Below are positions 37,679 through 50,162 of a DNA stretch of 64,000 bases, piece after piece. Location: assembly GCA_013239625.1 (NCBI GenBank), contig MU056029.1:248001-312000 (forward strand). Reading direction: 5' to 3'. The notes beneath the pieces are model-generated. The model saw only the letters and a program-made list of their open reading frames with translations, was not told the DNA's origin and did not search any database. Each line of letters starts with the position of its first letter. Within the stretch, counting starts at the first letter, position 1. The translations under genes were made by a program, and so were the position numbers. The stretch is from Lama guanicoe (Eukaryota).

Positions 37679-39229
37679 TGTCATGTTTGTGCATACAATG
37701 TTCTAATTCTGAGATGAAGATATATAAAGATGTAGGTACTCTGGCTTTAGTAATTTGTGAGCAGTCCTAGGGTGAAGTGTCTTAAACTGTCCAAAACAGC
37801 ACAGACCTTCAAAGCCTAGCTCTTGAATCGAGACCGGACTCCACACCTCTCCTTGGGACCTGGAAACAAATCACACGGGCTCACACTCACTCATACACAC
37901 AGATGCACATACGCACTCAGACACACAATGCTCACATGCTCGTTCACACACACAGACACGCACGCGCACCCCATCCACCAGACCAGCCCCTGTGCTTAGA
38001 ACACCTGCAGCTGTTCCAGCCTTCTGCTCAGGACCCCCTGCCCCTTGTCCGTCACGCTCCCGCAGCCCTCCACACACACCTCCTCCCTCGTGGGTTGCTC
38101 ACTTTGGCCTCGTTTCAGACTCCAGGCTCTTGGCTCCACCTCAGCTTTCGATGCCTGCCTCTGGTTCATACGTGCCCACCCTTCTACACACTTCTGAGAG
38201 CCCAGAACTCAGCCTTCCCGCGTGTGTTTACCACTCTCCTTCTCCAGACCTGCCCTATCCTTTCATGTCAGGTGGAGGGAGACCCCCGATCCAGCTCTGA
38301 CCCTCTGGCCTGCCTCTCTGCACTCCAGTCTCCAGACCAGGGCCCTTGGGAGGCAGGCAGCACCAGCTCCTCCCCTGCAGAAGTGAGAGGCTTTGGGCAT
38401 CCTGGCCACAAGGTCCATCCCAAGTGGGAACGAGATGCAGTTTAAGCGGACATTCTGTTTGGGGCATTTCCCTGAACCTCTTTGGCCTTGATTTGAAAGG
38501 CCACCCCTGGAAGCGCAGACCAGTGCCCGCGAGCCCCCGGGGGACAGGTGGAGACAGGCTCCCCGTCGCTGCTAAGATGTGCTCCCCGCCTTCTCTGGAG
38601 CTCGCGCTGCCACACCGGCTCTTGTCTTCTTAGCGCACGCTCCTGCCTCTCCCTGTCCTGCCTGTGGGGGCTGGGAAACAGTCCAGCTGGAAAGGGGATT
38701 TACCTACGTGTCTGTGTGGGAGTGAGGGCAGATAGGCAGCTGGTCAGTAGGCATGAGACGTGGCTCATCCAGGAGCCCACAGCAAATCCTGCCAGGCCGT
38801 GTAGCAGGAGAAGATAAAGCGTTCTTTCTGCTCGGGGTGGGAAGCCAGTGTCTGGATGAGGAGGGCTTGGGGAACTTGCAGATTTGGGCTGATGGGTGGA
38901 TATGTCTGGGGCAAGTGTGTCTGAGCAAGAGATCTAGGACACACCCCATTCCCAGGGTCCCCTGCTGTGTGCCAGGCTCCGTACTAGGACCCAGGAATAT
39001 AAGGACCACAGTGATGAGGGCTGTAGCCTCATAAGCGTCTCAGTCCGAGACAGAGTCAAATGTGCAAATACCTGCGAGCAAACACGCGTCTCAGGGACAT
39101 GAAATGCTGTCCCTGCTGTGCCTGGAAATGGACTGTGGTGTGGAACTCACACTCTGCTCATCTGAGTTCTTTGTCCTGAAGCATGAGCATGTCCCTACTT
39201 CCTTTACTTTAGGGATTAAAAAACATATA

Positions 39230-40128
39230 CATTCTTCACACCCATTAGGATGGCAACTATTTTAAAAAATCAGAAATGAAAAATGCAGGCGAGGATATAG
39301 AGGAATTGGAGCCCTTCTGCACTACTTGTGGGAATGCAAAATGTTGCAGTCACTGTGGAAAACAGTAGGCAGTTCCTGAAAGAGTTAAAAATAGAATTAC
39401 CAAGGGGAGGGTAGAGCTCAGTGGCAGACCGCATGCTTAGCACGCATGAGGTCATGGGTTTGAGCCCCAGGACCTTCATTATATTAAAAAAAAAAAAAGT
39501 AAGCCTAATTACCACCACCACCACCCCCTCAAAGAAAATTGAAATGGAATTACCATGTGATCCAGCAATCCCACTTCTCGGTATATAGCCGAAAGACTTG
39601 AAGGCAGGAACTCAAACAGAAATCTGTACACCCATGTTTATACTATTTGTAATAGCCAAAAGAAGGAAGTAATCCAAGTGTCCATCCACACAAGAATGAA
39701 GACACAAAGTGTGGTCTACACACACTATGAAATATTGTTCAGCCTTAAAAAGTAATGAAATAATGACATTTGTTACAACAGGGATGAACCTTGAGGACAC
39801 TAGGCAAAGTGAAATAAGCCTGTCACAACAGGACAAATTGTGTCTGATTCCTCCCGTATGAGGTCCCTAGAGGAGTCAGACTCACAGAGACAGAAAGTAG
39901 ATGGTGGCTGCCAGGGACAGGGGAGGGAAGAAGAGAGAATGAAGTTAGTGTTTAATGGGGATAGAGTTTCAGTTTGAGAAGATGAAAAATTTTCTGGAGA
40001 TGCCTGGAGGTGATGGGTGCACAACAATGTGAATGTATTTGAAACCACTGAAGTATACACTTAAAAATGGTTAAGATGATAAATTTTATGTTATATGTAT
40101 TTTGCTACAATATTAAAATTAAAAATAC
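39230..40128 (+). mobile_element. Old L1MB-type 3' end containing a SINE
   Basis: L1 ORF2 end and 3'UTR motifs. Confidence 0.85.
39404..39540 (+). mobile_element. Vic-1-type SINE nested in L1
   Basis: Starts GGGGAGGGTAGAGCTCAGTGG; TSD AAATAGAATTACCA / AAATGGAATTACCA. Confidence 0.9.
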
Positions 40129-40150
40129 ATTATTAAAAAGCTACAGGATA

Positions 40151-40785
40151 TGATCCAGTAATCCCACTCCTGGGCATATACCCAGAGGGAACTCTCATTC
40201 AAAAAGATACATGTACCCTAATGTTCATAGCAGCACTATTTACAATAGCCAAGACATGGGAGCAACCTAAATGTCCATCAACAGATGACTGGATAAAGAA
40301 GCTGTGGTATATTTATACAATGGAGTACTACTCAGCCATAAAAAAGAATAAAATAGTGCCATTTGTAGCAACATGGATGGACCTGGAGATCATTATTCTA
40401 AGTGAAGTAAGCCAGAAAGAGAAAGAAAAATATCATATGACATTACTCATAGGTGGAATGTAAGAAAAAGAAAAGACATAAATGAGCTTATTTACAAAAC
40501 AGAGACAGACTCACAGACATAGTAAACAAACTTACGGTTACCAGAGGGTAAACGGGGTGGGAAGGGATAAATTGGGAGTTTGAGATTTACAGATACTAAC
40601 TACTATATATAAAGTAGATAAACAACAAGTTTATACTGTATAGCACAGGGAACTATATTTAATACCTGTAGTCACCTATAATGAAAAATAATATGAAAAG
40701 GAATATACGTATGTGTATGTATGACTGAAACGTTACACTGTACACCAGAAATTGACACAACACTGTAAACTGATTATGTCTTAAA
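40151..40785 (+). mobile_element. L1 3' end (ORF2 C-terminus plus UTR)
   Basis: ORF 40221-40463 MFIAALFTIAKTWEQPKCPSTDDWIKK...; TSD AAAAAGCTACAGGATA / AAAAAACTATAGGATA. Confidence 0.92.
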
Positions 40786-41420
40786 AAAAAACTATAGGAT
40801 AAACAAAACATTTTTTAGGATTTCAGGAGAAAAGAGTGATTTTTCTGAGGTGGCAAATCTGCCAAGACCTTGCCCAGACTGCCCTGATCTTCTGGGGCCC
40901 AGGCTGCAAGCAAGGCCAAGCCGTCTGTGCCTGGATGCAGACCCGGTATAGCAGACATGTCAGTCCCGCCAGCGTCTGCCTTCTCTTCGCAGAGGCCCTT
41001 GGCCATGGCCAGTTCCCCCTCACAGGTACTGCCAGTCCCCATGAGTTCTGCCCTGTGCTCAGGCATGAAGAGGGTGCTTCTGTATCTGGGGCCTGACTCC
41101 TCCTCTGGCTTTGGGCTGCCCCGGGGCACCCTGAGGATGCTGCTCAAATCCCAGAGGTCCCGCCCTCTCCGGCCCCTGTGCCAGCAGCAGACCCTCCAGC
41201 CAGCTATTGGGCAGGTGAGTTCCCTGTCCTGCTCCGCTAACCCAGCAGCCGCTGGTCTCTGGGAGCTGGCCCTGGCCAGAGTTGCCACTTCTTTCATCCT
41301 AGGTAGTATTTTGAGGTTTAGGAAAGGAGAAAAGACATGAAAGTAAGTAAAGGACCCAGTTTTCAATCCAGAGGCTTCGATAGGTACTTTGGAATCTCTT
41401 GCAGGTGACAGAGGAGACCC

Positions 41421-41806
41421 TGTTATGGATATGAGGATGTGCTGCCCTGAGGCCCTTCAAGGGAGGGCTTGCTGCCCCAGCCTCTGGGGAGCTGCTGACA
41501 GTCAGCCTCCAGCCTTCAGCCCCTTGGGCACTGGTCCAGCTGCAGAGCCATCCACCCACGGTTACATCCCTCCCTGGGGGGGGCCTGCATCTCTGGGACA
41601 ATGTAGGACAACTCTGCCTGTCACAGCTCCAGAGTGCCCCCGGCCGGCTGGGCCATCTCTCATCTCAACTCCTCCTCCACCTGATCCGGCTTCCTGTCCC
41701 TCCGTCCACAGGTGATGATCCCACAGGGGTTATTTATCTCCCTAAGACACATCCTGCACACCAAGCTGTGCCTCAGAGTCGGCTTCCTGGGAACCCAGTG
41801 GTGACA
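41421..41806 (+). mobile_element. LTR16-like (ERVL) LTR
   Basis: 3' end CTCAGAGTCGGCTTCCTGGGAACCCAG...GACA is typical of LTR16. Confidence 0.65.
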
Positions 41807-43269
41807 CCCGTCTGTCCTAGGAATGCCTCATGGCACAAGATTGAGGAAGTTTGAATATGAATGCAACTGTTTCATCTCTGTGCTGTGAATCTATATGCAA
41901 AAAGTATTCAATACACAAAATATATTTATACAGATGCTTAGTGTAGACACACAAATATTTAAAATACATGTTTATATAGACATATACACACATACTTAAT
42001 TAAATTATTCATAGGATCTCTCTTATTTAATGCTTATGAGAACAATAACTGGTAAGGGAACAGCCAAAAATCACTTAAAGTAGAAAATCATTGTGTGTAT
42101 ACACACACACACATGCACACACATGCATGCACACACAAACACATGTTATGTACATACATATACAAATGCATATATATGTATGTGTATGTGTATATGTAAC
42201 ATTTTATTTTAACTTGAAGCCTAAACACGTAGATGTACGTGCTGATCATCTGATTTGCTGATTTCCGATCCACATTTCCTGTCCAAACCACATAACAGTC
42301 ATAAGGCATTGTCTGTATTTACCAATTTCAACTTATTTTAAGTGACATGAGAAGCTAAGACATCTGCTCAAGACTCCTAGTGCAGACTTAGGGATTTTTT
42401 ACTCCCCTTCCCATCTTTCAAGAATTTCCCCGTGCACGCATAGTGGAACATCATCTTTTATAATTTGCCATTATTGAGTCTTTCCAAAGCTTTGAACTTG
42501 ATTTCTGGAGAAGCAACAGCTCTCTTTTTCTGCTTATATTGCACAGGATTGGGGAATGCTCGATTAAAGGACACAGTAATATCAGGGCCTGTCGGGGCTG
42601 GACAGCAATGCCCGGGCTCCGGGGAAGCACAGTCCTAAAGGACCAGTCAAGGACCACGGGCCTCAGAGGCAGCCCGTGGACTCCCTGAGGGCGGGTGGAG
42701 GCGTGAGAGCCCAGGGAGGGCCCGGTGGGGGCGGCTGCGAGGGCTGTGGCTGAGTGAGTGTAACTCACCCGGGGTTGGATGAGCATGTTTCAAGCAGATA
42801 CACTTGCTTACTCCTTTCACGCAGCACACACTGCTTGGTTCCTGCTCTGCGCTGGGTCCTGAGAACACAGTCCCCCTAAATGCAAAGTCCTCCCCCAGGA
42901 GGGACTCAGGCCCACGAAGGCCAACTTGCAACCGGCTCATTTCAAACAACATGACAGGTGCTGCAGGCTCTCACAGGCGGGACACCAACTGTGCAGGGAG
43001 CAGCGAGCTCAGACATGAAGCACCTAGTCACTGGGTCGTGCAGAATGAGTAGGGGTTTGCTAGGTAAGTAACAGGAGGAAGCTTCTCGGCAGAGGCACGT
43101 GGGCAAAGCTGCTGACATACGGGAGGGCCCAGCATGTCCAGGGGTGGGCAGCAGCCCTGCGGGACTGGGGTCCAGCACAAGCCGCAGAGCCCAGAGGGGA
43201 GATGGAGGGGCCTGGGCTGCGGGTGGAGAAGCCGGTGTGAACTGGAGCCCTCGTACATCTGCATATTTA

Positions 43270-43340
43270 TCTTCTGGGAGCTGACTCTTCCGCCATCTTG
43301 GTGCTAATGGCTGTGTCATTCTGTTAATGGCTGTGCCCTG
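43270..43340 (-). mobile_element. Terminal fragment of LTR family C
   Basis: GGCTGTGCCCTGCCCCCTTCCCTCCTGTCTC is shared with 46471-46501. Confidence 0.75.
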
Positions 43341-45721
43341 CCCCCTTCCCTCCTGTCTCAAACTTACTTTTCTACTTAAGAACCTTTAAAAAAATTGTAA
43401 TACTACTGTGGGAAATGGAAGCTAACACTTTCAAATAAAAATGTTGGTGTAATTATCTCACGTACCAGCAGTAGAAGGTACACCTCACTTCGGGAAATGG
43501 TGATGGTAAGTGTCTGGCCCTTCTCTGGGATCCTTAACCCTTTATAAGGAGGTCTTCTGGATGAAAAAAAAATTTATGCACTTCCCCTATAGGTGACTTT
43601 TCTTCAGTATCTGCCAACCGAGAAAATACCCAGCAGCCAAGCTGTGACGAATCCAGAATGATGGGCGTTAGGTTCGTGGCATCAGCTGCAGGCTGTGGTG
43701 CCCCCTCTTCCACGGGGAGAGGGTCTGGCCCCAGCTAATGTGAAGTCCCCTGAAACTCTGGGGCTCCTGGGATCTGTCGCCCAGAGTTCCTCCCTCCCCT
43801 GATTTAGAAGAAAATGCCTAGACTCTCCCTCACTCTGTGGACTTGGCACATTTGCCTTCTTAGCGGTTTTTGGTTCCCCAGTGTGTGAAGCAGGGCTAAG
43901 AGTCCCTGCTGACCTGTGACCGCACAGATGATGTTTTGGGGGATGATAAAATTAAATACTGCTATTGAAAAGAGAAAAAAAACCTTATTAAGTGCAAAAC
44001 GTAAAAGTATAAGCCTTTCTGTAAAATATCAGAGGAAAACTAGGACTCTGCGGAGAGAGAATATGGACCGGGGGAGGATGGAGGCCAGAAATGATGGGGA
44101 GGGTGGCCGACCCCAAGGGCCCCTGCGTGACCTGCAGCCCCGGCTCAGACCAGACCGGACTTGGTGGCTCCGCCCACTCAGCTTGCATTTGGTCACCAAG
44201 CAGGTGGCAGGAAGAGAGAGGAGGCCATGTGACAGGGGGTGACCTCCAGGCCCCCGCAGCTTTGACCTTGAGGTTTGGTCTGTGCACTGAAGAGAAGGGT
44301 GTGGAGGTAAGGGGCTTCTCTTCGGCCTTGTCTGCTACGGGGGAAATGGGCCAGGCTGCACGCGGGGCCCCTTTTCCTTCTTCGCAAAAACCCACCAGGA
44401 CTGGCCTGGCTGCCCTGCGGCTGGAGGAAGGGATGCGAGAAAGGTCAGGGACCCTGAGTTGGGAGCCAGCCTGCCCTCCAGGTTGGGGGCGAGGTGGGAG
44501 GCGGCTCTTCCCTCCCCTCCAAGCAGCTCCCGGAACAAAGGAAAGCCCTGTGACGTCACCCTCCTGTGTGTTGTCTGTTCCTGTCACATCTGCAGTCCTT
44601 CGGAAAGTGGGATCCGTCCCCGCTGTTCATAAAAGCCTCTGCTGGGATGATACCGAGAAATAAATGACTGTGGGTGGGCAGTATACAAACTGGGGCCAAA
44701 GATCGCTTTGTAATAATACGAAGAGACAATCAGGCAGGCGGGGAGGGCCTTGTGAATAGATGATAAGGTCGCAGTGAGCTTATTTTAGCTTCTCTGGTCC
44801 ACAGTAGTGACGATGGAGTAGTGCTCGGATATAAATATATCCTTCCTGGAATTTTTTTTTCTTTTTAGTTGAAAATCTCAAGAACAGGTAAAACCTAAAC
44901 TTCTGAGTTTCCGTAAGGAGGTCAGAGCTCCTTTTAGAAAAATTCTAAACTGAGCCGAGAGTGAGATCCTGACTACAACGGCCACTCTGTTGGGAAAATG
45001 CAGGAGCAGCGCATCTGCTGTCTTGATGTCATCGTCTGCGGGGGACGCTCTGCCAGCCCTGCTTCCACGGAGAGCAGGGCAGGAGCTGGGCGGGGCAGAG
45101 GAAGGGGCCGGTGTTGGGAGAGGGGGTGGGGCGGGAGGCCTGGAGATGTATAGATTAACAACCGGGTAAGGAACAAATAGGGTCACAGCAGTGATGTTGA
45201 TCTGTTGGGTAGATTTTCCATTTGGGGTCAACCAAACAGGCAGCAGGAGAATTTTTTAAGCCACCACCAGCTTCCCTAAATCTACATTTTAGCAGTCAGT
45301 CTGAGAAGGATGGGAGATTTAGGGCAGGGCTGCCCAGGGGAGGGACTGCAGGGGAGCCTGTGAAAGGGGCAAGAGTCTGATTGCTCACAGTTCTGGCTGC
45401 TCCCACATTCTCCTCCTGGCCCATCCATCTTTGTGACTCTACCGTTGGGCCTCCCGGGGGACATTGGGCTAGATTGACTCTAGGGCAGAGGGCTGCGTGG
45501 GTTTTGTTGGTTTCTGCAATAGGAATCCAACAGGGGTTATCTTTTACTTCCCTGCTGAGTGCACACAGCGCCCCTTGGAGAGCCAGGAGAGCTGAGTGGA
45601 TGCTGTTTTCAGAATCTGTCCATCACTGGCTCTGACCCAGGAGTCGCCTGTTTCAAAGCTGAGTGCCAGGACTTCCCATGAAGCAGTCTCTCAGCCTCCA
45701 CAACGAGCCCCCTGCCTGCTC

Positions 45722-46501
45722 TGTCCCGATATTATGGGAGAATACAGGTTCTTGCCTCTCACAGCAAAGAATTCAACAGCAAGACCAATAAAATAAAATA
45801 AAACAAAGATAAACAACAACTTTCTTCTGTACGGCACAGGGAACTATATTCAATATCTTGTAGTAACTTACAATGAAAAAGAATATTAAAAATGACTGTA
45901 TGTAGGTACATGTATGACTGAAACATTATACTGTGCACCAGAAATGGACACAACATTGTAAACTGACTATATTTCAACTGAAAAACAAGAGTGAGGCATA
46001 GTAAAGGGAAAGTGAGTTTATTCAGGGGGATACACACCCCGTAAACAGAGTGCAGTCCATCTCACTCAGAAGGCAGAGCAGCTTAGGAGATAAACACACC
46101 ATAGCCAAAATGGGGGTCATCTCAAAAGGCAAGAGGGAGAACGGCCAGCAGGCAATGGGGGGGGGCGGGTGTTAGTTTAAAGTAAAAGTAGATACACATG
46201 CCGTAGAGAATGTGGCCATCTCAGAAGGAAAGAGGAGCGTGACCATGAGGCACATTTCATTTTCCAACTATTTTGGGAAGGGGGTGCAGATTTCCAGGAA
46301 TTGGATCCCCGCCCACTCTTTGGCCTTTTACGATCAGCCTGGGAACTGTCATTTAGCAGCTAATGTATTACAATGAGCGTGTAATGAGGCTCAAGGTCTA
46401 CTGGGAGTTGACTCTTCCACCATCTTGGTTCCAGCCAGTTTGTCCTCGATGGCTGTGTCATTCCTTCAGTGGCTGTGCCCTGCCCCCTTCCCTCCTGTCT
46501 C
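45722..46501 (-). mobile_element. ERV1-type LTR (family C) with a nested L1 3' fragment (about 45790-45985)
   Basis: LTR-like U5/R segment with reverse AATAAA at 46017-46022. Terminus shared with 43270-43340. L1 3'UTR inserted inside. Confidence 0.7.
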
Positions 46502-47629
46502 CTGGCCGTCTCCTCAGCACACTCTCTCTGAGCAGGGCCTGAGGAAGCTTCTAAACTGATGAAAGTTCTAGCTCTTCATTTTCTTTCTCTCTCTGTCAGC
46601 TTATGTCAGCTAAGGCACCTGAGCTGCCATGGCCCAGCCGCCATGTGAGCCAGGAGCCCTTAAGGACCAGAGCCACTCCCTTAACCAGAACCCTCAGCTT
46701 CTGTGCACAGAGGGCCCCAGTTCTAAGGTCTGATGTGGGGTTCACGCAAGGCCTCTGGGGCCCTGAGGCATCGTCTTTGCTTCTCCCAAGAGTGCAGGCT
46801 GGCCACTGGCATCCTCAGGAGTTGTGCGCGGATTGGATGACGGGTGGTTTCCCACCTAAGGTAGTGATCTGGGTGACTCGTCATGAGTGTGTGAGTGTGG
46901 GCGTGGCTGGGCACGTGTGGCCTTGTGGCTGTGTGTGGGTGTAAACCCCCAGGGTGTGGTTGGCACTGTGTGTACCAGACTGTGCTTTTATTTTTCTTCT
47001 TTAGAGACCCAGAACCCTGCATTCCCCTCCCACAGGTGAGTGGGGCTGAGTCCCCCGCACACAGCCTGACACTCTACAACAGGGCCACGGGGAGGGTGGG
47101 GACATATTCCAGGGCTTCTGAAAGCCTTTCTTCCTGCCCATCCTTCTTGGCCGCCAAGCCCCAGCCCGATGCGAGCAGACTTTCTGGTCTTCTGTGTTGG
47201 ACTGAGAGCAGCAATGTGGCCTGGAGAGCTGGCGTCTGCAGCCACGTCCCCAACTGACTGCAGGGAAAGGCACTTGCTGCCTTTTTCCTGTGACTCTAGT
47301 CTGGTGTTCCTGGGAGGCCACCGAATCCAGGAGGCAGGCATGGTTGTGGGGTCCTTGAAGTGCTGTCCTGCCTTTTGAAAGTCCTGTGTGTCCTCCTTCA
47401 AGATAACTCACCCCCCAAGGGGGCTAAGGTTCAGGTTCACAGAGTCACGGATCTTCTCCTCTGCCCAGGAATGGCTCCCAGCAGGACCATGGGATCTGGG
47501 GACTGAGCAGCTGGCCCTCCGACAGGCTGAGTGTGCAGATACTGTGGCCAGCAGTCAATGGTGTCCCCACTCTGGCTACTCTGAGGTCCCCCTAGTGGTC
47601 CCCCTCTGAGGTCATCCTTCTAGTGGTTT

Positions 47630-48277
47630 TGTGAGAGCAGGCAGTTAGCTGGATATGAGCATAAAAAGGGGAACAAGGCCTAATGGCAGGAACTGGGGTG
47701 GGGGGAGGAAAGGAGAAAGCACAGGCCAAATGCAGGAAATCATACATCATGTGAACAATGGGGGTCCTTGGGCAGAAAGAGAAGAGCAGGAACATCTGGA
47801 CTGATAAGAGATCACACATTTTGGGGTGACAAGCAGCCTGGAGGCCGACAAAGAAATGTGGGAAATGGCAGGAATCTCCAGCATCCAAATGTAGCCTTTT
47901 ACTCATTATGCCCTTATTTCAATAAAATTAGCCTTGCAGATTAGAAGTACCCATCATGCACTGATGCTGTGACACTTCCGATCTAGGCTAAATAAGGACA
48001 AAAATCCCTTCTCCCTTTGGGAATGTGGAGCTGGGATGAAAATTAGGGAATATGACCCGAAACCTTTCCCTCCCAGGTGAATATCCCACCCATTCATTTT
48101 TACAGTCTGTGTAACCAACTTGCCAAAGAAACTCGGGGCAGCTGCTCACCTGAGTCTGCCCGCTCTCCCCTTGAGAGCATCCTATCCCTTAATAAATCTT
48201 CACTTTATGTTCTTAACCTCTATGCCTCATCTCTGAATTCCTTCTGCGACAAGACAAGAGCCTAGTCACCAGTAACA
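47630..48277 (+). mobile_element. ERV1-class solo LTR, family A copy 3
   Basis: TG...CA, perfect TSD GTTT (47626-47629, 48278-48281), AATAAA at 48191. Confidence 0.92.
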
Positions 48278-49478
48278 GTTTCAAGAAAACAGACTGAGAC
48301 CCTCACAGCAGAATGGAAGCTAGGACAGGGTCAGATCAGTCAGAGCCACTTAAAGGAGGGCTGAGGCCCAGCCAGTGTGTGCTGCTTACCCACCCTACAC
48401 CTGCAGCCAAGCTTCTCAACACTGTGGAACCTTCTTCTCCACCAGTGTTGCCTTTTAAACCAACAAAATCACAGCATGATGCAAGCCCACCGCCAGCCAC
48501 TGTGGACACCACCTGGCCCCCTTATCTTCACCTGAGCCTTGCTATTGTGGGCCCACTGTTCAGGGCAGGGCACGGGGTGGTGGGCTCCTGGGCTCCAGCC
48601 TGTGAGCACATCTAGCACTGGGCACATTCTCGTGGGTCCCCAGGTTAGCAGCAGCTCTCAGCCTGTGGCAGCTGTCTGTAAGCTGCCTGAGAAGTTACCC
48701 AAACTTGATGAGTTGGTGTATTACGAACCATAATGAATGAACTCAAGGATTCAGAACTTCCTCAGAGGAGCACTTAAGCCCTGCAGCTCTGTGCTCTGCC
48801 ATCAAGCTTTCCCATGTGGTTTTGTTTGCTGAGAACTGAAGTGCTATGTGCAGTGTGGCTGTGTAACACATAGACAGGCTCCGGGCCTCTGCCGCCCAGG
48901 ACGATGCCCGCTGCCAACACGCGCTCTTCTGAGATCATGCTCAGCATGCCCAGGAACCAGATCCGAGCACACGGGGGTTCCAAGATGAAGCCAGCCCTTG
49001 AAGAACGCCTCCCCTTTCTCTTGGACATGAGTCGACATTTCAGCAGGAAGATGCTCTCATAACGCACCTCTGAAATGCCCAAGCTTGCTTGGTAGGGCCT
49101 GCGGGACCATGGGCAATGTGGGGTCGTGGCACAATGGTCTAGAGAAATGTCCTAGGCGACAAACATTGCAGGGCCTCAGACTCTAAATGCAGAAAATGAA
49201 CATAAGCTTGTTTCAGAGGCTTAGGAACAGGACTGCTCAGAGTTCTCCAGTGGATTTCTGCAGTCCTGTGTGGTCAGTCTCCTGAGGAACATTTCAAGTA
49301 GCTTCATTTTAGATGTATTTTTCTAGATTTTTTGACCCACTAGTTTTCCAGTCGTCCATCATATACTGCGCAGCTTTTGGGTTGTTTGTTTGTTTGTTTG
49401 TTTGTTTGCTTGTTTTTGGCTCTTTCTCTGTTTTCTTCTTTTCCATCCACCTTGGTTTTTTTTTTTTTTTTTTTTTTT

Positions 49479-49499
49479 NNNNNNNNNNNNNNNNNNNNN
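49479..49499. other. Assembly gap inside a poly-T tract
   Basis: Run of N. Confidence 1.
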
Positions 49500-49626
49500 T
49501 TTTTTTTTTTTTTTTTTTAAGCAAACCAGAAGTCCAAAGTCTTGAGTCTAGACCTGATTTACCATTTGGAAAGCTGTATGACTTCAGGCAGGCACTTAAC
49601 CTCTCTGAACTTTAATCCTTCCTTTC

Positions 49627-50043
49627 GGTCAAAATTAAATACGAAATGGAGACCGGACTTGAAAATTCTCTGAGCCGACAAAATCATTTAAGCCATGTGA
49701 GTAAAGCTAAATCTAGCTTATTTCATGGACAAAAGCAAAACTTAACTTAGCTTATTTCTTGTAAAAGCCTCTGACAATTTTAAAAGCAAGTTAAGTCATC
49801 TTTGTGAAAATGGTTATGAGATAATCATGTTTTGCCAATCTCTTGCCATCTGGAAACCCCCGTTGTCATAACCAACCCTCATTTTCACTTGATAAGCAGT
49901 CCTGTAACGCCACGCCCCCGAGCTTCATGTCAGTTTGAATTTGGAAGCTCCCGGTGAGCTGTTTTTATGTGCACAATAAATTCTTATTAGATACTATCTA
50001 TTGATTTCATGGTTTTAATTTTGCCATCTTTGGACTTTTGACA
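49627..50043 (+). mobile_element. Older ERV1-type LTR inserted in a MIR
   Basis: Inverted termini GTCAAAA...TTTTGACA, AATAAA near 49975. MIR core on both sides (CACTTAACCTCTCTGA | TCTGTAAAAT). Confidence 0.7.
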
Positions 50044-50162
50044 TCTGTAAAATTAAGGCACTGGTCTGTATAATCCTAATGTTTCTTGTATTAGGCCAAT
50101 GATTTTTGTGGTAAATATGATGCCAAATGGCTTCTGTCCTGCTAGAAATATATGTATGTCAT

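Noticed and set aside
4079..48277. Same-orientation family A LTRs as the two ends of one provirus
   Set aside because: Each has its own TSD, they are 43 kb apart, and no gag, pol or env sequence is visible.
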